NCBI GenBank assembly: GCA_963665165.1
Contig: OY761989.1
Coordinates: 679,976-743,975, forward strand
Direction of reading: 5' to 3'
Origin: Arenicellales bacterium
GTDB lineage: Bacteria > Pseudomonadota > Gammaproteobacteria > Arenicellales > Poriferihabitantaceae
Length of the DNA: 64,000 bases
The number at the start of each line of letters is the position of its first letter. The first letter of the stretch is position 1. Shown one piece after another: positions 27,784-36,349 of the stretch. The notes beneath the pieces are model-generated. The model made no database searches, was not told where the DNA came from, and saw only the letters and a list, made by a program, of their open reading frames with translations. The translations under genes and the position numbers were made by a program.

Positions 27784-28554
27784 ATGAAAGCGGCCGTATC
27801 GAAAATAAACCTTGAAAATACAAGCGAACAGGAATGGCAGGCGCGACAGGAGCTGGCCTGTTGTTACCGGGCATTTGTCCATTATGGCTGGACGGACCTG
27901 ATTTATACTCATCTGAGCGCCCGGTCGCCAGGGGAGAGTGACCGGTACCTGATCAATCCTTATGGACTGCTGTTTCAGGAAATTACGGCAAGCAATCTGA
28001 TCAAGGTGGATTTTGATGGTCATGTCGTTGCCGGGGATTATCCGTACAATAATGCCGGCCATGCGATCCATACCGCGATATTGAAGGCGCGCCCGGAAGT
28101 CAACGTTGTGCTCCACAGCCACACTCGGGCCGGGATGGCGGTTTCCTGCATGAAAGAGGGGTTGTTGCCACTGACCCAACAGGCAAACGAGATCAGTGGC
28201 ATTGTCTGCTACCATAAATATGGCGTGGCTACGAATAACGAGGAAGAATGCAGGTTGCTCGGGGAAAGCATGGCAGACAAATGGGCGATGATCATGCATA
28301 ACCACGGTTTGCTGAGCGCCGGGCGAACGATCGGGGAGGCCTTTTATTTTCTGTACCAGCTTGAAAGCGCCTGCAAGGTCCAGGTCGATGTGATGGCGTC
28401 CGGCGCCAGCAGGATTATCCCTGATGAGGAGGTGCTCCAGTCCCTGCATGATTATGGCATGCCGCCCGATGAGGCTCCGTTCTCCGATACGCGCCTGGCG
28501 TGGGAAGCGGTGACACGATTGATGGACTGGAAGGACTCTTCTTACCGTTCGTGA
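27784..28554 (+). CDS. Class II aldolase/adducin-domain protein
   Basis: 256 aa. 'AGHAIHTAILKARPEVNVVLHSHT' and 'MHNHGLLSAGRTIGEAF' are the metal-binding His pattern of the family. Confidence 0.85.
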   Translation: MKAAVSKINLENTSEQEWQARQELACCYRAFVHYGWTDLIYTHLSARSPGESDRYLINPYGLLFQEITASNLIKVDFDGHVVAGDYPYNNAGHAIHTAILKARPEVNVVLHSHTRAGMAVSCMKEGLLPLTQQANEISGIVCYHKYGVATNNEEECRLLGESMADKWAMIMHNHGLLSAGRTIGEAFYFLYQLESACKVQVDVMASGASRIIPDEEVLQSLHDYGMPPDEAPFSDTRLAWEAVTRLMDWKDSSYRS

Positions 28555-29529
28555 ATGATCCATTCCGGTTTCCGGAACCCATGTTTGCCCGGAGGATTGA
28601 AATTGACTGCTGAAGTGTTCGAGGCCCTTTCGACCATCGACGGTTTCACGGATACGAACCCGGATTCCGTCCGTGTTGAGCGGTTGGGGGGGCTGACTAA
28701 TCGCAATTACCGGATCGATTGCGATCATGGCTCCTATGTGTTGCGTCTGGCGGGTGAGGGAACATCGGATTACATTGACCGTTCAGTGGAATTCCATAAT
28801 GCCGCGATTGCCTCCGAAGCCGGGGTCAATGCTGAAATTGTGCATTTCGATACCGCGAGCGGCGCCATGATCTGCCGCTATATCGATAACGCAGTGACAC
28901 TCGACGCGGAGAAGTTGCGCGACCGCGGCGTACTCGAAAGAACCGGAAAGGCCTTTCGAAAATTGCATGATTGCGGGCGGCCTTTCAAGGGGCAATTCGA
29001 ATTGTTCGACCAGGTTGACCAGTATCTGGCCGTGCTTGCGGACCTGAAAGCCGAATTGCCGCCGGGATATGACGAAGCGCAACGGGACGCGGAGCATGTG
29101 CGTTCCGCCTTGTCGCGCCATGTTTTGCCGAACAGGCCCTGCCACTGTGACCCGATGGTGGAAAACTGTATCGATAACGGTGAAATGGTCTATATCATTG
29201 ATTTCGAATACTCCGGCAATAACGACCCGATGTGGGACCTTGGGGATATTTCAGTCGAAGGGGGTTTTACCGATGAACAGGATCATGTTTTTCTGAACGC
29301 CTATTTCGGGCATCCTCCCGGCGTTTTCGATGTTGGCAGAATGGTGATGTACAAGGCGATGTGTGATTTTCTGTGGACTTTATGGGGAGTGGTGCAGCAT
29401 GCCAACAACAACCCGGCGGACGATTTTTGGGCTTATGCGACCGGGCGGCTTGAGCGTTGCCGGATACTCATGGCGAGTGACGATTTTACCCGGCAGCTCG
29501 AAGCGGTAAAGGCTGGTCCCGGGGCATGA
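28555..29529 (+). CDS. Choline/ethanolamine-kinase-family phosphotransferase (copy 1)
   Basis: 'LGGLTNRNYRI', Brenner motif 'HCDPMVENCI' and choline-kinase motif 'IIDFEYSGNNDPMWDLG'. The start abuts the aldolase stop (TGAATG). Confidence 0.75.
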   Translation: MIHSGFRNPCLPGGLKLTAEVFEALSTIDGFTDTNPDSVRVERLGGLTNRNYRIDCDHGSYVLRLAGEGTSDYIDRSVEFHNAAIASEAGVNAEIVHFDTASGAMICRYIDNAVTLDAEKLRDRGVLERTGKAFRKLHDCGRPFKGQFELFDQVDQYLAVLADLKAELPPGYDEAQRDAEHVRSALSRHVLPNRPCHCDPMVENCIDNGEMVYIIDFEYSGNNDPMWDLGDISVEGGFTDEQDHVFLNAYFGHPPGVFDVGRMVMYKAMCDFLWTLWGVVQHANNNPADDFWAYATGRLERCRILMASDDFTRQLEAVKAGPGA

Positions 29530-30296
29530 AAAAGGCGGGCGCCACCCGACAGGAACTGGAGGCCGATCAATATTCCCTGGAGTCGATCAGGCGGTACGAG
29601 GCGATTTTCGGCGAGGATTTTGTCAGCCCCGGTGGTCTGGATGTGGCGGTTGAATTAATAGGCAGACTCGAACTGGCGCCCGGCGCCCGGGTGCTTGACG
29701 CGGCTTGCGGACTTGGCGGCAACGCCTTTTTGATGGCCCGGGATTTCGGGTTCCGGGTGGATGGCATTGACCTGTCGGGCCACATGATTGAAATGGCGAC
29801 GCGGAAGCTGGAGGGCCATGGATTGCATGGCCAGGTTTCCCTGGCGCAGGGAGATTGTCTGGAACTGGCTGTGGACCGGCCCGGTTATGACGCGGTTTAC
29901 AGTCGCGATTCCTTTCTGCATATTCATGACAAATCCCGTTTGTTCAGCCGGCTCAAAGCCGTTTTGCACCCCGGGGGGAAGCTGCTTTTCACCGATTACT
30001 GCTGCGGCGACGAACCATGGAGTGAAACCTTTTCCTCTTACGTAAAGGGGCGGGGATATTGCCTGCATACGATTGCCGGATATGTCCGGATCATCCGTGA
30101 CGCGGGGTTCAGGGAGGTTGAGGCGGACGACATGACGGATCGATTCCTGCAGATCCTGCAACAGGAACTGGACAGGATACCCCGGTTGGACTTCAGCGCC
30201 GCCGCGAAAGAGGAGATGACACGAAGCTGGGAAAGCAAGATTGAGCGGGTCCTTTCCGGCAACCATCGCTGGAGCCTGTTTACCGCGACAACCTGA
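29526..30296 (+). CDS. SAM-dependent methyltransferase resembling phosphoethanolamine N-methyltransferase
   Basis: 'SIRRYEAIFGEDFVSPGG', 'VLDAACGLGGNAF', 'YSRDSFLHIHDK', 'GGKLLFTDYC' and C-terminal 'HRWSLFTA' parallel plant PEAMT and Plasmodium PMT motifs as recalled. ATGA overlap with the kinase. Confidence 0.7.
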   Translation: MKKAGATRQELEADQYSLESIRRYEAIFGEDFVSPGGLDVAVELIGRLELAPGARVLDAACGLGGNAFLMARDFGFRVDGIDLSGHMIEMATRKLEGHGLHGQVSLAQGDCLELAVDRPGYDAVYSRDSFLHIHDKSRLFSRLKAVLHPGGKLLFTDYCCGDEPWSETFSSYVKGRGYCLHTIAGYVRIIRDAGFREVEADDMTDRFLQILQQELDRIPRLDFSAAAKEEMTRSWESKIERVLSGNHRWSLFTATT

Positions 30297-30480
30297 TGAT
30301 GAGGCGGGGCAGGAGCAAATAACCCGCGGCCCGGTCCGGGCGGTCCTGACAGATCGGGTCCGCTCCGGTTATTTGACTTTGACCGGGTATTCAGGTGAAA
30401 TTTGAGCGAAGCATGCTCTGGTTGTGCGACATCCGGACTGCCGGTTTTTTTAATCGAATCAGAATTGGAGAAGACTCATA

Positions 30481-31434
30481 ATGCAAAAAACGAATACAAA
30501 ATTATTGCTTGCCGGATCATTGATTGCAGGATTGATGATGATTTCAGGTCCGGCCCGGTCGGTGGAATCGAATGACCCGATCAAGCTCACCCTGCATGAC
30601 TGGACCGGACAACTGGTCACCACCAACATTATGGCCGAAGTATTGAAGGACGGGGGTTACAACGTCGAGTTGGTTCAGGCGGATTACATTGCCCAGTTTG
30701 CCGGCCTGAAAACCGGTGACCTTCATGTGGCCATGGAGATGTGGGAAACCACGGGTCGGGATGCGATGGATGAAGCGACCGCAACCGGCAAGGTGGAGAA
30801 TATCGGCCCAACCGGAATGGAGGGGATTGAAGAATGGTGGTATCCGATGTATATGAAAGAACGTTGTCCCGGACTGCCGGACTGGAAAGCGTTGAATGAC
30901 TGTGCGGAGGAGTTCTCGACGCCGGAAACCGCGCCGTTAGGGCGTTATGTCGGCGGCCCGGTAACCTGGGGAGGATTTGATGATGAACGCGCTGAAGCCC
31001 TGGAGCTGGAGTATGAGGTGATTCACGCCGGTACCGATGCCGCGTTGTTTGCGGAACTGGAATCCGCCTATCAGAGAGAGGCTCCGGTTTTATTATGGGT
31101 GTACGCGCCTCATTGGGCGCCTTCCAAATATCAGGGAGAGTGGGTTGAGTTTCCTCCTTATTCAGCCGAGTGTTACAACGACCCGTCCGTGGGGGTGAAC
31201 CCGGATATGGCTTATGATTGCGGCAAGCCGCGCGGCCCCATCTGGAAAGTGGCCTGGGCCGGAGTCAAGGATAAATGGCCGGGCGCGTATAACATGATCC
31301 GGAATTTCGAGATCAGCAATGATGAAATGGGAACCATGATTGCCGCCATAGACCTGGATGGGCAGGAACTGGACGCAGTGGTTGCCGACTGGCTGGCGAA
31401 CAATCAGGCCCGCTGGAAAGCATGGCAAAAATAG
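30481..31434 (+). CDS. Glycine betaine/choline-type ABC substrate-binding protein (ProX/OpuAC family)
   Basis: Signal peptide 'LLLAGSLIAGLMMISGPARS'. Trp-rich 'LHDWTGQ', 'MEMWETTG' and 'EEWWYPMY' are typical of quaternary-amine binding boxes. Confidence 0.8.
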   Translation: MQKTNTKLLLAGSLIAGLMMISGPARSVESNDPIKLTLHDWTGQLVTTNIMAEVLKDGGYNVELVQADYIAQFAGLKTGDLHVAMEMWETTGRDAMDEATATGKVENIGPTGMEGIEEWWYPMYMKERCPGLPDWKALNDCAEEFSTPETAPLGRYVGGPVTWGGFDDERAEALELEYEVIHAGTDAALFAELESAYQREAPVLLWVYAPHWAPSKYQGEWVEFPPYSAECYNDPSVGVNPDMAYDCGKPRGPIWKVAWAGVKDKWPGAYNMIRNFEISNDEMGTMIAAIDLDGQELDAVVADWLANNQARWKAWQK

Positions 31435-31519
31435 GCTGAACCGATAACCGCACCCGTTGTGGACAGCTCGTTCTGTCTGCGGCGGGTGTTTTTCCAAAGC
31501 CTGGGTAAACGGCATCCGT

Positions 31520-33499
31520 ATGTCTGATCGTGGCCGCCGCTGGCTGGTTCGTTTCGGTTGGTTCGGTGTCGCCGGGATTGCCGCGCTCATGGTTTATCTG
31601 GGCAAGGCGAATATCCGGTGGGCGTTCAAGGTTCCTTCGGATTGGCGGCTGCCGCTGCGTAACCAGATCTCCGATTTCATGGATTGGCTGGTCAACACGG
31701 CGGATCTTGGATTATTTACATTTTACGAGTTGACCCGAAGTATCTCATGGCTGCTGGAACAGCCATTGAATTTCGCTTCGGGCGTGCTGGCCACCGGGTT
31801 GTTGTCCGGAGAAGGGTCGGCCGCCGTTCAACTGACTCCGCCCCTGTCCTGGGTCGCGGTAACGCTGCTGGCGATGGCGCTCGGCCACTATGCCAGGGGC
31901 TGGAGGCTGTCCCTGTTTGTCGGCGCCTGCTTCTGCTACCTGGTGGTTTTCGGGCAATGGGGAAGCGCCATGCTGACCTTGTCTTCGGTCCTGATTGCCG
32001 TACCCATCGGGGTTGTCGGGGGCGTACTGCTCGGCATTCTGGCGTATCGCAGCCGCTGGATGGAGAAAATCATCTCGCCCATTCTTGACCTGATGCAGAC
32101 GGTACCGGTCTTTGCCTATCTGGTGCCGGTATTGTTCCTGTTCGGATTCGGGCCGGTGGCCGCAATGATTGCGACCATTATCTATGCCATGCCGCCGATG
32201 GTCCGGGTGACGATCCTCGCCTTGCAGCAGGTGCCGGATGACCTGATCGAGGCGGGTCAGATGGCCGGCTGCAATACATTGCAGATGATGGCGAGGGTAT
32301 TGCTGCCTTCTTCGATGCCGATGCTGATGGTCGGGGTCAATCAGGTCATCATGCTGTCCCTGAATATGGTCATCATCGCCTCGATGATCGGAGCCGGAGG
32401 GCTGGGCTATGATGTGCTGTCCGCGTTGAGGAGGCTGGATATCGGGGCAGGTATTGAATCCGGCCTGGCGATTGTGGTGCTGGCCATTGCCCTGGACCGG
32501 CTGAGCCAGGCTTTCGCCACCCGCCCCGCGGGGCAGTTCAAAAGCGACAAGGGGCTGCTCGGCCGGCATCCCCATATCGTGTTTTCCGTGGGCATGCTGG
32601 TCGTGATTTCCCTGATTTCGCTGGTCGTGCACCAGATCCAGGCCTGGCCTCAATCTCTGACCATCACCACAGGGGATTTCTGGAGCAATCTGGTCAAGCA
32701 CATCAACATCAACTATTTCGACCAGATTGAAGCAGTCAAGATTTTCATATTGATGAATGTGTTGTTGCCGGTAAAACGATTTCTGCTGATATTGCCCTGG
32801 CCGATGGTGGTACTGGCTGTCGGGCTGCTCGGATTTCAACTCGGCGGTGTCCGGCTTGCCCTGATCGTGTTTTTTCTCGCGCTGTTCTGCGCATTGACCG
32901 GGTTGTGGGCCAAAACCATGGTGACGGTCTATCTGTGCGGGATTTCAGTCGTGTTTGCCGCGTTGCTGGGTATTCCGGTCGGCATTCTGGGCGCCCAGTG
33001 GCCGTTCCTTGGCAGGATCATTGAAACCATCATCGATACCTTGCAGACATTGCCGTCATTCGTTTATCTGATGCCGGTGGTGATGCTGTTCAGAGTGGGG
33101 GATTTCGCGGCGATGATTGCCGTGATTTGCTATTCGGTCGCCCCTGCGATCCGTTACACTCTCCATGGCATTCGCCAGGTCAACCCGGAACTGGTTGAAG
33201 CAGGTCTTGTCAGCGGTTGCACCCGCTGGCAGATTCTGACCAGAATCAAGCTCCGCCTGGCTTTCCCGGAAATCATGCTCGGCATCAATCAAACCGTGAT
33301 GCTGGCGCTTTCGATGCTGGTGATTACCGCGCTGGTCGGTACCCGGGAGTTGGGGCAGGAGGTCTATATCGCGCTGACCAAGGCCGATACCGGGAGAGGC
33401 ATTGTGGCGGGTTTGTGTGTAGCCTTCATTGCCATCATTACGGACCGATTGATTCATGCCGGGGTCGCGCGGTCCCGGCAACGCCTGGGCCTGGAATAG
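31520..33499 (+). CDS. Fused double ABC permease (two ProW/OpuAB-like domains)
   Basis: About 660 aa with two BPD-type transmembrane units ('EAGQMAGCNTLQMMARVLLP' and 'EAGLVSGCTRWQILTRIKL' EAA-loops). Start set at ATG 31520. Confidence 0.8.
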   Translation: MSDRGRRWLVRFGWFGVAGIAALMVYLGKANIRWAFKVPSDWRLPLRNQISDFMDWLVNTADLGLFTFYELTRSISWLLEQPLNFASGVLATGLLSGEGSAAVQLTPPLSWVAVTLLAMALGHYARGWRLSLFVGACFCYLVVFGQWGSAMLTLSSVLIAVPIGVVGGVLLGILAYRSRWMEKIISPILDLMQTVPVFAYLVPVLFLFGFGPVAAMIATIIYAMPPMVRVTILALQQVPDDLIEAGQMAGCNTLQMMARVLLPSSMPMLMVGVNQVIMLSLNMVIIASMIGAGGLGYDVLSALRRLDIGAGIESGLAIVVLAIALDRLSQAFATRPAGQFKSDKGLLGRHPHIVFSVGMLVVISLISLVVHQIQAWPQSLTITTGDFWSNLVKHININYFDQIEAVKIFILMNVLLPVKRFLLILPWPMVVLAVGLLGFQLGGVRLALIVFFLALFCALTGLWAKTMVTVYLCGISVVFAALLGIPVGILGAQWPFLGRIIETIIDTLQTLPSFVYLMPVVMLFRVGDFAAMIAVICYSVAPAIRYTLHGIRQVNPELVEAGLVSGCTRWQILTRIKLRLAFPEIMLGINQTVMLALSMLVITALVGTRELGQEVYIALTKADTGRGIVAGLCVAFIAIITDRLIHAGVARSRQRLGLE

Positions 33500-33528
33500 G
33501 CCCGGACGACTGAACCTGGAATTAACTT

Positions 33529-34434
33529 ATGAATACAGAGCAACTTGGTCAGATAAACTCGCTGCCGTGCTGGCGGGGCCGGATCCGTGTCGAACCACTC
33601 AGCGGCGGCATGACAAACCATAACTTCAAGGTCGAGGATTGCGGCAAGCAATATGTGGTGCGCCTGGGGGCCGATGTCGCGGAGCATCTCCTGTGGCGTG
33701 AGAATGAAGGCCGGGTTTCCATGACCGCGGCCAAATGCGGATTCTCACCGGCTGTTTTTTACCGGGAGCCGGGGGTGCTGGTGATTGATTTCATTGATGG
33801 CCGGGTATTTTCCGGTGAGGATGTCCGGAATCCTGAAAACCTGCGGAAACTGGTTGAGCTTCTGCAACGCTTCCATCGGCAGATGCCTCTTGAATTCGGG
33901 GGGTACACGATCCTGTTCTGGGTATTCCAGGTATTGAGGCATTATCGCAATGTGCTGGCAAGCAGGAATTCCGCATATATGGACCAGGTCCCTGAGCTGA
34001 TGGAAATCGCAAAGAATCTGGAACGGACTGTGGGACCGGTTGAAATCGTATTCGGACATAATGATTTGCTACCCGCAAATTTTATCGATGACGGGGAGAA
34101 AATCTGGTTGATTGATTTCGACTATGCCGGATTCAACAGTCCCTTGTTCGATCTTTCCAACCTGGCGTCGAACAGTGAACTGGAAGAGGAGCGGGAGCGG
34201 CGCCTGTTGACGCTTTATTTCGATCGTCCGGTCACCGCCGACCTCTGGCTTCGTTACAATGCGATGAAATGCGCTTCCCTGTTGCGGGAAACCATGTGGT
34301 CGATGGTGTCGGAAGCCTGTTCGACGATCGACTTTGATTTTGGCGGCTATACGCGTGAGAACCAGGCCCGGTTCGAGCGCGCCTGGCAGAATTATACCCG
34401 GATTTCCGGATCGTCGTCCGCGCCCGCCTTGTGA
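33529..34434 (+). CDS. Choline/ethanolamine-kinase-family phosphotransferase (copy 2)
   Basis: 'LSGGMTNHNFKV', Brenner motif 'GHNDLLPANFI' and 'LIDFDYAGFNSPLFDLSNLA'. Confidence 0.75.
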   Translation: MNTEQLGQINSLPCWRGRIRVEPLSGGMTNHNFKVEDCGKQYVVRLGADVAEHLLWRENEGRVSMTAAKCGFSPAVFYREPGVLVIDFIDGRVFSGEDVRNPENLRKLVELLQRFHRQMPLEFGGYTILFWVFQVLRHYRNVLASRNSAYMDQVPELMEIAKNLERTVGPVEIVFGHNDLLPANFIDDGEKIWLIDFDYAGFNSPLFDLSNLASNSELEEERERRLLTLYFDRPVTADLWLRYNAMKCASLLRETMWSMVSEACSTIDFDFGGYTRENQARFERAWQNYTRISGSSSAPAL

Positions 34435-35249
34435 TGTCCCGGTCCAGCCATATCTACGATATTGACCCGGCGGATTTCAATACGATGGTGGTTGAGAATT
34501 CCTTCAAGGGCCTGGTCCTGGTTTACTTCTGGTCACAGAATGCCGGTCCCTGTATGAAACTTCTTCCGGTCCTTGTCAAACTTGCCGATGAGTTTTCAGG
34601 CCGGTTCCTGCTCAACCTGCTGGATACGGATCGGCACAAGAGGTATGCCCGGGATATGGGTGTGATCAGCATTCCGACCGTCCAGTTCTATCTGAGCGGC
34701 AAGGTCGTCGAGACGCTGCATGGCGCGTTTTCCGAAGGATATGTTCGCGGCGTGATCGAAAAAACACTGGACCAGAGCGCTGCAATCCGGATCGGACCGG
34801 AAAAATCCGGATCGGACAGGCGGTTCGCCAGTACGCTGGACCGCGCGAAAAAACTTCTTCTGCAGGGAGACGCGGTCCATGCGGCCGTCTTGCTGGATTC
34901 GATTCCGCGCGAGGCGCTGGAGATTCCGGAAATCGGTCTGGTCAAAGCCCATGCCGATTTGATCCGAGCGGCGCAACTGGCGCCGGAACGGCAGGTCATC
35001 GTCCAGCGGATCGAGGAGGACCCCCGGGACTTTCCGTCGCTCTGGCAACTGGCTGCCCTGAATCTGGTGGCGGACGATTATCAGTCGGCGCTGGAGTTGT
35101 TGCTGTCCATCCAAGACCAGAGCCCCGATCCTGACATTGCAGACCGGGCGCTCAGGTCGATACTGGCTGTTTTTGCCCTGCTCGGAGAATCCCATCCTCT
35201 GGTTGAACGGTTTTCAGAAGTATTGAATCGATCCGGTTCGACCGGTTAG
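34434..35249 (+). CDS. Thioredoxin-fold plus TPR-like protein (YbbN/CnoX-like)
   Basis: Thioredoxin-like N-terminus with 'WSQNAGPCM' (SxxC in place of CxxC) and a helical C-terminal half. The start overlaps the upstream stop (TGATG). Confidence 0.65.
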   Translation: MSRSSHIYDIDPADFNTMVVENSFKGLVLVYFWSQNAGPCMKLLPVLVKLADEFSGRFLLNLLDTDRHKRYARDMGVISIPTVQFYLSGKVVETLHGAFSEGYVRGVIEKTLDQSAAIRIGPEKSGSDRRFASTLDRAKKLLLQGDAVHAAVLLDSIPREALEIPEIGLVKAHADLIRAAQLAPERQVIVQRIEEDPRDFPSLWQLAALNLVADDYQSALELLLSIQDQSPDPDIADRALRSILAVFALLGESHPLVERFSEVLNRSGSTG

Positions 35250-35251
35250 CC

Positions 35252-36166
35252 ATGATTATGCAAAATCCCACGGCCAGGGCTTATGCGCTGTTGACAATGA
35301 CTACCTTTTTCTGGGGATGCAACTCGGTGCTGGCCCGAGTCGCGGTCGGTGAGGTTTCGCCAATGCTGATTGTGAGCCTGCGCTGGCTGGGTGTGATGAT
35401 ATTGTTACACCGCAATGTTTTCGCGTGGCGGGTCATATATCAGGAATGGGGCAAACTGAAACCGCATCTCCCTGTGCTTTTCCTGATGGGGGCGCTGGGC
35501 TTGAGCGCCTTCAATGCATTGTTCTATCTGTCGGCCCATACCACCACCGCGCTGAACATAGGCATTATCCAGGGCATCGTCCCGGTGTTCCTGCTGGGCG
35601 GAGCCTGGCTTTTGTATCGCGTCCCGGTAACGTTGTTGCAGGGGTTGGGCGCCATCGTCACCATACTCGGTGTCTGCATCGTCGCGTCCGCGGGCAACCT
35701 CCAGAAACTGGCCTCGCTGTCGATCAACCAGGGCGATTACCTGTTGTTCTTCGGGTGTCTGCTTTATGCGAGTTATGCGCTGGTGCTGAGAAGGTTTGCC
35801 GGTGTGTCCGCGTTAAGCCTGTTCGCTGTGATCTCCGTTGCCGCTTTCATCGCATCGTTGCCATTGAGTCTGGCGGAACTGTACCTGGGAAATTTCCAGT
35901 GGCCGACCCGAAAGGGATGGATCGTGATGATATTGATTACCCTGTTGCCTTCTTTCCTCGCCCAGGTGTTTTTCATCCAGGGAGTGAAGGAACTGGGAGC
36001 CGGCCGGGCCGGGATATTTGTCAATCTGGTCCCGGTATTTTCCTCGATTCTCGCGGTGTCGGTTCTGGGTGAGTCATTCCAGGTCTATCACGCAGTCGCG
36101 TTGATCCTGGTGATTGGCGGCATCGGGCTGGCGGAAAGCAGGAGACACAAAGCGGTCGCGGTCTGA
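35252..36166 (+). CDS. EamA/DMT-superfamily transporter
   Basis: 304 aa, about 10 TM segments in two EamA repeats. Starts 2 nt after the upstream stop. Confidence 0.75.
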   Translation: MIMQNPTARAYALLTMTTFFWGCNSVLARVAVGEVSPMLIVSLRWLGVMILLHRNVFAWRVIYQEWGKLKPHLPVLFLMGALGLSAFNALFYLSAHTTTALNIGIIQGIVPVFLLGGAWLLYRVPVTLLQGLGAIVTILGVCIVASAGNLQKLASLSINQGDYLLFFGCLLYASYALVLRRFAGVSALSLFAVISVAAFIASLPLSLAELYLGNFQWPTRKGWIVMILITLLPSFLAQVFFIQGVKELGAGRAGIFVNLVPVFSSILAVSVLGESFQVYHAVALILVIGGIGLAESRRHKAVAV

Positions 36167-36209
36167 TCGGCGCGGTCCGATCGGAATATTACCGTTCCAG
36201 TGCGCCCGG

Positions 36210-36335
36210 TCACGGTTCGCTGAAACGTTTCGCGACCCTGCCGATGGTGGTGGGCAGTCCGATGAAGCGAAAGTTCATATAGGAAAAGGCAGCGGACAGG
36301 CTGAGTACGATGGCGATCAGGTTAATCAGTTCCAT
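36210..36335 (-). pseudogene. 5' remnant of a CPA1-type cation/proton antiporter gene
   Basis: 'MELINLIAIVLSLSAAFSYMNFRFIGLPTTIG' resembles the N-terminus of Na+/H+ antiporters. The frame then reads 'RVAKRFSEP*' and stops after 41 codons. Confidence 0.4.
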
Positions 36336-36349
36336 GCCCGGTTTCCGCT

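Noticed and set aside
27502-28728. 408-aa ORF on the minus strand, the longest unexplained ORF in the track.
   Set aside because: It runs antisense to the well-supported aldolase and kinase genes and has no recognisable motifs. It is a shadow frame typical of GC-rich coding DNA. Only its last 40 codons, which lie in the intergenic region upstream of cysI, were kept as a leader-ORF candidate.
31745-32839. Long antisense ORFs: 31745..32839, 48227..49153, 19158..20219, 4761..5804, 15154..16020, 62173..63027, 58778..59668 and 49206..50180.
   Set aside because: Each lies opposite or out of frame to a confidently assigned gene. Their compositions are low-complexity (Arg/Gly/Pro/His-rich) with no family motifs.
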